A stretch of 64,000 nt of DNA from IMG/VR virus record IMGVR_UViG_3300028581_000010; one strand, written 5' to 3'. The DNA comes from a virus (Duplodnaviria; Caudoviricetes). The stretch's first letter is position 1. Each line of letters begins with the position of its first letter. Position numbers and translations under genes: made by a program. Shown piece by piece: positions 38,533-46,456 of this stretch. The notes beneath the pieces were generated by a model. The model saw only the letters and a program-made list of their open reading frames with translations, was not told where the DNA came from and did not search any database.

Positions 38533-39693
38533 TTACTCCTCCAGGGCGCTAATCGTACGATATTGCGGTACTGGGTTCTCCTTTAGGGCCAGCTTGGAGA
38601 TTAGGGCAAAAGCCTGCTCGTCCTCGATGGTTAGGTCGCTACTCTTCTCGGTACCAGAGTTGATGATACGATTTGTAGCCGCGTCTAGGTTTCTAACCTT
38701 AGATCTGAAGTACGCTGCCTCCTCCTTCTTAATGTGGAAGGTGGCGAGGTTATTGATAACGCTATTGTACGCTACAGCATCTTTCATATCCGTTACGGCA
38801 AAGTTAAGGGACATCACGTTGTCCAACATGGAGCTCGCCAAGAACTCCTCCACCTTGTACTTCTCATCAGATGTTAGAGAATTTAAGCTAGAGAAGGCCT
38901 TTAAGCCGAGCTCGCCTAGCTCGGAGATAAGCTTGTAAAAGCGTCTGTCTTCGTCGCTAATCTGGTTGTTATCAGATAGTTGTGTAAAATAAGCCGCACG
39001 GGCTACAGGGTCGGTAGGTGCGTGCGTGAAGTCAAAGAATAGTGTGCGGAGCGTGCGAATCTGCCCAAGCTTAAACTTGAAGCGCTTAGCCAGTTCGGCG
39101 TCGCTGATGCCTGCAAAGATACAGTAGCCTATGTACTTGAACATACGTTCATGCTCTTTAGAACTATGAAAATTTAGCGCGAACTCCACATCTCTATCGT
39201 ACCTCACGTGTGTGCAATGGTGCAGTAAACGGCGGAGCTCTGAGTCGGAGATGTCATCGATATGCTTGGGGTTCCAGTATCGAATCTTATTATCCTTGTG
39301 GACCTCGCAGAATATCTTACGTGTATCCGCAGCAGCGAGCTTCTTCTGAAAGAGTTTGTACAGCAACTCTTTTTGTTTGAAGTTAAGCCTGTTTATGATC
39401 TGCAGCATGTCATCAGAAAAGCTGAACGCTACTGAAGACTCATGCACCAGATGAACAGGCGGGTTATTATCCTTCTTGAGCTTCTCTAGCTTTTCCAAGT
39501 CGTCCTTTGTTAGGCGCACAAGGTAGCGCTTAAGTGCTCCTGCGCCACTGACCAGGTTGCGACGGCAGTACTCCAGCCCGGCTTTGCTAGGTTCGCGAAA
39601 CAGCAAGAAGCGCCAATTGGGGAAGTTATAAAAAGACCCCACTGGATTGAGGCTGATCGTTTTCGGTTTCAAATTGAAGAGAGGCTGCGCCAT
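38533..39693 (-). CDS. Hypothetical protein with an HTH-like segment (possible small terminase or DNA-binding protein)
   Basis: GISDAELAKRFKFKLGQIRTLRTLFFDF helix-turn-helix pattern; lacks the head-protein modules. Confidence 0.5.
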   Translation of the reverse strand: MAQPLFNLKPKTISLNPVGSFYNFPNWRFLLFREPSKAGLEYCRRNLVSGAGALKRYLVRLTKDDLEKLEKLKKDNNPPVHLVHESSVAFSFSDDMLQIINRLNFKQKELLYKLFQKKLAAADTRKIFCEVHKDNKIRYWNPKHIDDISDSELRRLLHHCTHVRYDRDVEFALNFHSSKEHERMFKYIGYCIFAGISDAELAKRFKFKLGQIRTLRTLFFDFTHAPTDPVARAAYFTQLSDNNQISDEDRRFYKLISELGELGLKAFSSLNSLTSDEKYKVEEFLASSMLDNVMSLNFAVTDMKDAVAYNSVINNLATFHIKKEEAAYFRSKVRNLDAATNRIINSGTEKSSDLTIEDEQAFALISKLALKENPVPQYRTISALEE

Positions 39694-39698
39694 AAAAG

Positions 39699-40634
39699 TT
39701 ATCCCATACCAAGAGGGTCATTAGGAGTTAGCGCACCCATTAGCGCACCACCACCACCCATCATCCCGGCGAGAGCAGGCGCCTGGCGGCCAGCTCGCCG
39801 TAAGTTATTGAAGTTTAGCGGTTTTTTTGTAAATGGTTTTGCCAACAACTGCCCCAGTAGACCGAGCGTGGCTGGTGTATAGGCTCCGACGGCGCCAGTA
39901 GCAGCACCTAGCAGCCCGCCGGTCATAGCGCCTCCGGCGCGAGAAGAGAGCTGGCTCTTCTCCACTCGTTTGTCGGCTATAGAGGAAAGCATGTCCTGCA
40001 CAGGCAACGAGGTGAGGTAGGGATGCTTTTGTAATATGGCGGCCGCTTCGTCGAGGCGTGCGTCTGAAAGGTTAGCCCCGTGTGTAATCAACGGGTAGGC
40101 CACCCCTGTTGCGGCGCCTATTCCGCCACCAATCAACGCCTCTCTGCCTGCCCAGCGTGTGAAGGCAGCGGCGCGATTCTTACCCTTTAACAGCCTCTTG
40201 GCAGTCTGCACAGGAGCAACGGGGGAGCGCCAGACTTTCTTGCCGGTAGCGTTTGTTATGCGAGGGGAGCGGAAGCCCATTAGCCTTATACCCGCAGCTA
40301 AAAGGAAACCTACAGGTAGGCCTGTCAGCCCCATGGAGGCGGCGTTACCGAGCATCTGCTTACCAAGTTCGGATTTTGAGCTTCTCGTAGCCTTGATACG
40401 CTCTAGGGCAACACGTATCTGCTCCTTGCGGTCGTCGGCGTCACTGGAGATTATCGCCCTCGACGGTAGCACATCGTTAAAAAAAGGGGCTATCGTCCGG
40501 GCTCGCCCCGGCATATCGTCCATAAAGTCCAACGCGCTGTATTTACCTGGCTGCGACAAATAGATGTTTTCCCTCAATGCCTTGAGGGCGATCATTCTAT
40601 CTAAGTCTTCTCTGGTAATTGCAGCCTTGTACAT
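39699..40634 (-). CDS. Multi-glycine-zipper membrane-insertion-like protein
   Basis: Four Gly-rich hydrophobic helices (e.g. GGAMTGGLLGAATGAVG, ALIGGGIGAATG). Confidence 0.7.
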   Translation of the reverse strand: MYKAAITREDLDRMIALKALRENIYLSQPGKYSALDFMDDMPGRARTIAPFFNDVLPSRAIISSDADDRKEQIRVALERIKATRSSKSELGKQMLGNAASMGLTGLPVGFLLAAGIRLMGFRSPRITNATGKKVWRSPVAPVQTAKRLLKGKNRAAAFTRWAGREALIGGGIGAATGVAYPLITHGANLSDARLDEAAAILQKHPYLTSLPVQDMLSSIADKRVEKSQLSSRAGGAMTGGLLGAATGAVGAYTPATLGLLGQLLAKPFTKKPLNFNNLRRAGRQAPALAGMMGGGGALMGALTPNDPLGMG

Positions 40635-40650
40635 GAATGCGTACAGTTCA

Positions 40651-42846
40651 TTAAACTGTCATCGCATCTTCGTCAGACATGTTAATGGAAAGCTCCGGTG
40701 AACGACGTTTGAGGAAGATGACCAGGTCCCCGATGTTTTTGAATACGCTGGTAACAAGCTCGACCAGTTCTGGAAGGTCGCTTCTACCATACATTTCTTT
40801 GAACTTGTCTGTTTCCCAGTGCAAGAGGAATAGAATGCGGCCGAGGCGGTCCATAGCTTCGATCATGGATGGCAGGTACTCTGTCACCTTGTCCGAAACA
40901 GATACATACTTGGCAAGCGTCGAGATCATATGCGTGTCAAAGATCTCTTTCTGTCCGCTCTGGGCCATCGAAACGGCTTGGCTGACATACTTTGGATCGA
41001 TGCCTTTGATCTCTGGCATTGTACCGAGACCCATCTGAGTTGGGTTACCAGCATAGGCGCCATCAGGCGGAAGCATGTTCTCTTGGCCGACGCCACTGTA
41101 GGTAGGTTGGCCTAGTTCGTTGACGGTGGCTTGCTCTTCAAATGGCTGTGGATATGTGTCTCCGAGATAAGCCATCTTGATGTAACCTTCGACGCTCTTA
41201 CCAGTGGCAAGGCGGTCGACCAGGTCAGAACCAAGCTTCTCATCAAGCCCATATTCCATAGTCATGGCGATCTTGGCCTCGACAGGGCTTTCGTATTTCT
41301 TCTTAGCGCCTGCAATGTTTACAAAGTAGTCGCTACCGTTAGTCTTGAGAGACATTGGGAAAATGCTCTTGGCAGTCAGCACATTATGGACCGCGTACAC
41401 AGGGCCTGGTTCGCCTTTTTGATAGTGCTCCTTGGCCTCTTTACGCCGTTTACTAAAATCCTCGGAAGAACTTCCAGTTAGCTCATCTGTGCCTGGACCG
41501 AATGTAACCTTCAGCAGTTTGTAGCCAGCCGGCACATAGAGAAATTCATCTTTATGTTCCAACCGCCCACCAACACGCTTGGTCATAACCATCATAATGT
41601 CTTTTAGTTTCTTAGGATGGTTGTAGAAGTTACCGCGCGGTAAAGAATGTGCGCTTCCTGGGCGGTCTCCGCCGTGACATAGAGCGTCACATGAATAGTC
41701 GTGAGATGTGTATGGCTCAACAGCGATACGCCGTACGCCATTTTCATCCTTAAAGTTGGCTGTGATGCGAAATGCCTGTGTAGCCTTAAGTTCTTCGTTA
41801 ATAAGAACATAGACGTTGTCGTAGCCGGGCTTTCCTTCAGCAGGCTCAACCATCATCTTATGCACTTCGCTATAGTCGCGCACCTTGATCTGATCTTTGA
41901 CGAACACCTTAGTGGCGTCTTTCAGATAAGCCGTGCCCTTCGAACCAGAGTCGAGGTCGATGACAAGGCTGTCATCTGTGGCGAAGTTCTGCTGTAGCTG
42001 CTCAGGGCGCACCAGAACAAGACCGTAGCGTAGGCCGCCGACCGTGGTTACATAGGAGTAGAAGCCGGACTCAGTCGGGTTTGTGAACTTGTTCATGAAG
42101 GTCACTTCTCCAAACGTGGACTTCTTGTCCTCCGGGCGTTTGTCTACGATAGCGTAGCCCTTGGTTAGTAAATCTGTTTTCTTAGGGTCAGGAAGCTTCT
42201 TAGCTTTCTCCTTGTCCTTCGGATAGACGACGTCGACGTCGCCACCTTTACGGTATTTCTTACCGTCGTCGAGCTTGATAGCTTTTGCTATCTTCTCCAG
42301 CGGATACATCTTGATGACTGCCTCACAAAATGAAGCGTCCTTCTCAAGCAGGTCCGCGAATGCTGTCTTTGTCTTGTCATCCGATTCTTCAACATAATCT
42401 ATAACTGAAGCCATTGTGTACTTGCCCGTGCGGGGAGGTACAGTCATTTGGCGATAGTCTCCCTGTGGTAGCTCACGCATGATGTGCGTACGGTCCTCGG
42501 TAGAGGGCTGTCCAGCGCCAAGCATGTCGTCCTTTAGGAACATCTCAGCAAAGTCTTCGGTCAGCGGAAAGAACTGCTCCGTGTTCTTACTGTAGAGCAA
42601 GTCCAGAGGTTTTACCTTACCACCAATGAAGAAGGCAGGCACATATAGAATCTGTCCCGTGCTGGAGCGAAAACCGAATACTCCAAGGCCCTTGGTGTTA
42701 TCCTCGCTTTTCTTAACTAGCTCGAAGCCAATTAGAAATGGCAGAAGATTTTTCAAGGAGTCCTGCAGGCGATCATACGCTAGCTGGAAAAAAGCTCCTT
42801 CAATGGAGTCGTCGTTAGCACGTTTTGTGGAATTATATTTTGCCAT
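40651..42846 (-). CDS. Large putative head structural/core protein
   Basis: 731-aa ORF with its own promoter; K-x-A motifs (STKRAN, YIKMAY); located in the head cluster. Confidence 0.6.
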   Translation of the reverse strand: MAKYNSTKRANDDSIEGAFFQLAYDRLQDSLKNLLPFLIGFELVKKSEDNTKGLGVFGFRSSTGQILYVPAFFIGGKVKPLDLLYSKNTEQFFPLTEDFAEMFLKDDMLGAGQPSTEDRTHIMRELPQGDYRQMTVPPRTGKYTMASVIDYVEESDDKTKTAFADLLEKDASFCEAVIKMYPLEKIAKAIKLDDGKKYRKGGDVDVVYPKDKEKAKKLPDPKKTDLLTKGYAIVDKRPEDKKSTFGEVTFMNKFTNPTESGFYSYVTTVGGLRYGLVLVRPEQLQQNFATDDSLVIDLDSGSKGTAYLKDATKVFVKDQIKVRDYSEVHKMMVEPAEGKPGYDNVYVLINEELKATQAFRITANFKDENGVRRIAVEPYTSHDYSCDALCHGGDRPGSAHSLPRGNFYNHPKKLKDIMMVMTKRVGGRLEHKDEFLYVPAGYKLLKVTFGPGTDELTGSSSEDFSKRRKEAKEHYQKGEPGPVYAVHNVLTAKSIFPMSLKTNGSDYFVNIAGAKKKYESPVEAKIAMTMEYGLDEKLGSDLVDRLATGKSVEGYIKMAYLGDTYPQPFEEQATVNELGQPTYSGVGQENMLPPDGAYAGNPTQMGLGTMPEIKGIDPKYVSQAVSMAQSGQKEIFDTHMISTLAKYVSVSDKVTEYLPSMIEAMDRLGRILFLLHWETDKFKEMYGRSDLPELVELVTSVFKNIGDLVIFLKRRSPELSINMSDEDAMTV

Positions 42847-42868
42847 GGCTGAAAATTAGTTTAATACA

Positions 42869-42897
42869 AGTTTACCGGTTCCTCTTGCTTTTTGCAA
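42869..42897 (-). promoter_or_regulatory. Promoter TTGCAA-N17-TAAACT
   Basis: Read directly; AACCGG immediately precedes the -10 box. Confidence 0.7.
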
Positions 42898-42907
42898 GAA
42901 GAACAGC

Positions 42908-43189
42908 TTAAGCACCTTCCTGGATGCGGACTACTTTATCGCCAGTGCTGCCATGAATACCCAAGATGGCGTTATTGCCCTCTTCTGTATCCTCGGTGCT
43001 GCGAAGTTCGAGGGCCACACCGGCCTTAAGTCTAAACCCATTGTTGGCGGTTAAAGTGGTGGTGCTGCCGTCAAAGCAAAGAAACATATCTACGTCAGAG
43101 TCGTTTTGGATCAAAATCCACTTACGAGTAGTCTTGTCTACTTTTTCAGCAATAGTTGTTACAGATGATTTTACGTTTACTGTGCGCAT
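42908..43189 (-). CDS. Small beta-rich protein (possible decoration protein)
   Basis: 93 aa, RKWILIQNDSDVDMFLCF...NGFRLKAG pattern common in phage structural proteins. Confidence 0.6.
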   Translation of the reverse strand: MRTVNVKSSVTTIAEKVDKTTRKWILIQNDSDVDMFLCFDGSTTTLTANNGFRLKAGVALELRSTEDTEEGNNAILGIHGSTGDKVVRIQEGA

Positions 43190-43231
43190 AGTTAAATGAT
43201 AATATGTTCTGGAGGTTGCGTCAATGTTTGC

Positions 43232-45085
43232 TTAGTCCTTGAGGCCGAAGCCGACTCCGAATGCCAGTCCTGGGACAGGACTCGGTCCCTTGAGGTCGGA
43301 GTGCCCGCCCTTGTTAACAATGTTGACGAATCTCTTCGCCAAGTTAGTAGAGTTAAGCACATGCATGAAATCCTCGGTATGCTCGGGAACGTCGAGCAAG
43401 CGAACCATGTGTGGCTCGAAGTTGGGTTTCTCGTCGTTTACGAGAATGGAGTCCACCTTATGCTCGGCTAGATGCTTGATTATACTAGAGTTTACTCTTG
43501 TTCCTATAGTGTAGTGCAATACCGGGCGCTCGATAAATTTGCCATAGGCCCTATCCGGGCGCATCTCCTTGGAGTCTTTGCGCGGCTCATATCCTTTTTC
43601 TAAAGCAGAGTAGGAAACGATCTGGTCTGGCAGATAGTCACCTAGGCCATTAGGGTCTGTGATTTTAACGTGGTCGATAGCCGAGCGGGCGATGAGCTCG
43701 AAGTTACGTCTATTGACAAACAGGTTACCGTCGTCGAAGGCTTTCTTCATCGCCTCCATGTAGTACTTTCTACCCTCACCTATACCACGATGAGAGACTA
43801 CTTCACTCGGATCGACGAGCCCTGTGCTTAGCTCCTGTCCTTCCTCGACGGTCTCGCCTTCACGGACCGTAGGTTCTTGGCCAACACCAACATAGTATTC
43901 TTCATCACCTACGTGAATAAAGTGACCGCCTGCGGCAGATGGTTGCACCTGGTGCACAATACCATCCTTATGAGCTAGAGGAGCTCTACCAAGAAATGTC
44001 TTTGGAATGTTAGAGAGCTGGTTAATCATCTTGAAACCAGACACACCGCCCAGCGATGTAGCTGCACCTCCGCCGTGTCTCATCTTCATGGCGTACTCGG
44101 TGAGGGGCTCCGCAACAGCGGTACCTGCGACGAGGCCAATATAGCTGTCCATAGCAGCCAATCCCTTCTCTCTTCTACCTACGCATAGCTGGCACACGGC
44201 ACCGAAGTGCTTATGCTTAGCAGACTCACAGGTCATAGGAGAACGGACCAATACTGTTTTGTGCCCGGCATCTTTCAGCTCTTTTAGTAAAGCAGCTGTT
44301 ACTTCGTTGTTTTTATTGTGTTTACCTATAGCTTTCGCCAGGAAGCACCCAACGGAGTCCTTGTCGTCTGTAGAGTATGCTATGCCGCGGTCGGTACCAC
44401 AGTCATGCTCCTCTACCTTCAAATTCATTAGCGCTCTAGAAAACTGCTTGGAGGCGTAGCCGCCGTCGGCAACACCGATCTTCTTAACAACCTCACCAGC
44501 ACGAGTACCGAAGGAGGTTACCAGATACTCTGGAAGAGATAGCCCTTCTGCGAAGGAGCTCTTAATAGGAATGTCCATGCGGGGCGAGCCATCTGCGTCG
44601 ACGACTATACCCTGAGTTGCTATAGTGGAACGGTACTGCGCTGGAGAACCGCGCGAGCCAGCTAGAATAATCTTGGCTAGCGACTTGTTTGTCTTCAACC
44701 CCTCAGAGAGAAGGTCCTTATCCAGCTTAGACATCAGCCCGTTATACTTATCAAAGATCTTCTGATTCTTAACGTTGCGCGCATCCTTGGAGGCCTCGAC
44801 CGTGTCTTTGTAGTCCTCGAACTCCTTGTAGATCTTGTTCTTGTCGATAGGAGAGATAAGATCCTTTAAACTAATAGATGTACCCTGACGGGTAGCAACC
44901 TCGAAGCCGAGGCGTGTGAGATCGGAAACTACTCTGTTGTATTCCTCTGGAGATGTTTTTGCCAGCTCCTCAAAGATCTTCGCCAGGCCTTTCTTGTCCA
45001 GGACCTGCTCGTCGATTATCTTATGTAGATTAGCGGGTGTAAAAAACTTTAGAAGAATCTTACCGACCGTTGTTACCTCTGCCAT
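43232..45085 (-). CDS. rpoC: RNA polymerase beta' C-terminal half (bridge helix, trigger loop, Zn site II)
   Basis: TTVGK start; AGSRGSPAQ = SGARGSAAQ; PIKSSFAEGL = PITANFREGL; ADGGYASKQF = ANSGYLTRRL; HDCGT, SPMTC, VCQLC; AEPLTEYAMKMRHGGG = GEPGTQLTMRTFHIGG. Confidence 0.93.
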   Translation of the reverse strand: MAEVTTVGKILLKFFTPANLHKIIDEQVLDKKGLAKIFEELAKTSPEEYNRVVSDLTRLGFEVATRQGTSISLKDLISPIDKNKIYKEFEDYKDTVEASKDARNVKNQKIFDKYNGLMSKLDKDLLSEGLKTNKSLAKIILAGSRGSPAQYRSTIATQGIVVDADGSPRMDIPIKSSFAEGLSLPEYLVTSFGTRAGEVVKKIGVADGGYASKQFSRALMNLKVEEHDCGTDRGIAYSTDDKDSVGCFLAKAIGKHNKNNEVTAALLKELKDAGHKTVLVRSPMTCESAKHKHFGAVCQLCVGRREKGLAAMDSYIGLVAGTAVAEPLTEYAMKMRHGGGAATSLGGVSGFKMINQLSNIPKTFLGRAPLAHKDGIVHQVQPSAAGGHFIHVGDEEYYVGVGQEPTVREGETVEEGQELSTGLVDPSEVVSHRGIGEGRKYYMEAMKKAFDDGNLFVNRRNFELIARSAIDHVKITDPNGLGDYLPDQIVSYSALEKGYEPRKDSKEMRPDRAYGKFIERPVLHYTIGTRVNSSIIKHLAEHKVDSILVNDEKPNFEPHMVRLLDVPEHTEDFMHVLNSTNLAKRFVNIVNKGGHSDLKGPSPVPGLAFGVGFGLKD

Positions 45086-45489
45086 TTTGTTTTGTTCAAG
45101 TTGCCCACCAATACGTCGTAAAGGCTGGCTTTCTTCTGAGCTTGCTGTGGACCGGTTACTTTAGTCGTTGTACTTGCCGAGGAGAAGGGCCCGTCAATCT
45201 TAGCCTGTTCCTCTGCCTCGTCTTCCTGGTTCATGCGCGCGAGATCCTTGAAGGAGTTGTCCATCAACTTTCCCTCGTAGTTTTCGTTGCCTTCGTCTCC
45301 CTCGGTGTTGGAGGTAGTGATATCTGCGTCATCAAGAGTGGTGTCGGCGTTTTGCGCTACTTCCTCACCCTCTGCAAGCTTGTCCTTGATGTAGCATACG
45401 TAATCATAGTTGGCATCCTTCGGATTGAAGGAGTCCAAATACGCAGCTAGCTTTTCAAGCCATGGCTTTTCCATATTATTTGGTTCCAT
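45073..45489 (-). CDS. Acidic hypothetical protein with K-x-A motifs
   Basis: LEKLAAY and QKKASLY motifs; lies between the two polymerase genes. Confidence 0.7.
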   Translation of the reverse strand: MEPNNMEKPWLEKLAAYLDSFNPKDANYDYVCYIKDKLAEGEEVAQNADTTLDDADITTSNTEGDEGNENYEGKLMDNSFKDLARMNQEDEAEEQAKIDGPFSSASTTTKVTGPQQAQKKASLYDVLVGNLNKTKWQR

Positions 45490-45543
45490 AATTTACAGTA
45501 ACATCTGACGGATCACGTGGAAGAGCAGACATACCTGTTATTC

Positions 45544-46224
45544 TTACATGGAAGGTTGCGCTGTCGCGGGAGGCTTACCATCGGACATCGCCTGCGGATA
45601 TATGCCGCCACTCATCATGCCTTGCTCCTGTGCCTGTTGCTGTTGCTGCGCGGCAGCCTCGTCCATTTTCTGCTTATTCTGCAGTTGCTGCATCTTGGCG
45701 TTATGCTGGTGGGCCATTTGCTTAACCTTCATTAAAGAAGCAGACGCTGACCCTTTAGAGATTAGGTCCAACAACTCCCTAACAGTTAGCGTGACTTGCG
45801 TATTATCTAACTGATTCTCAGCGTTGACGTTGCCGTCAGTCGCCTCCTGAGGAGGCGCGCTAGGATCGCTTCCTTGCTGGGCTGGGTCTCCACCCTGGGC
45901 CGCTGGGTCGTCCCCACCAATACCTAGCTGCTGGGCAATCTGCTCGAGCTGCGGCTGTTGTTGTTCCGGAGGAAGCTGCATGATCTGCTGGAGAGCAGGC
46001 ATAATCTGTTGCTGTGCCTCTGGAGGCATCTGCTGAACAGCTTGTTCGATTTGGGCCATCAGTGGATTTTCTCCACCTGGAGCACCACCCTGAGGTGGCT
46101 GATCACCAGGCGCTCCGCCTTGAGGTGCTGCGCCTTGAGATGGGTCTTGCTGGACTTGCGGGTTGGGTATGAAGGCCCTCTTGACAATGCTATCGTAATT
46201 CTCTATGAGTTCTGCTATTTTCAT
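45544..46224 (-). CDS. Gln/Pro/Gly-rich low-complexity protein with K-x-A leader
   Basis: MKIAE..VKRAFIP leader, PQGGAP repeats and one folded motif (VTLTVRELLDLISKG). Confidence 0.7.
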   Translation of the reverse strand: MKIAELIENYDSIVKRAFIPNPQVQQDPSQGAAPQGGAPGDQPPQGGAPGGENPLMAQIEQAVQQMPPEAQQQIMPALQQIMQLPPEQQQPQLEQIAQQLGIGGDDPAAQGGDPAQQGSDPSAPPQEATDGNVNAENQLDNTQVTLTVRELLDLISKGSASASLMKVKQMAHQHNAKMQQLQNKQKMDEAAAQQQQQAQEQGMMSGGIYPQAMSDGKPPATAQPSM

Positions 46225-46427
46225 TGGTTCTCTCCGTTTTCTAAATGAATGATTTCTTCCACACGCTGCTTAAGCTCTTTTTTGATGTTTACTAGCTTTC
46301 CTTGTTCTCTTGTGTGTTGCAATGGGTTATTTCCACTCTCTATCTCTAGGAGTGTATCCAGTATACCGGATAGCTCTGCAGCTTTTTCCTGCAAAGTTAA
46401 AGTTTTCCATACGTTTTGATCAAGCAT
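46221..46427 (-). CDS. Small helical hypothetical protein
   Basis: 68-aa ORF, ATGA coupled to the next gene. Confidence 0.6.
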   Translation of the reverse strand: MLDQNVWKTLTLQEKAAELSGILDTLLEIESGNNPLQHTREQGKLVNIKKELKQRVEEIIHLENGENQ

Positions 46428-46456
46428 AACAGTTATTTCCTCTGGGATAAAGTTTA

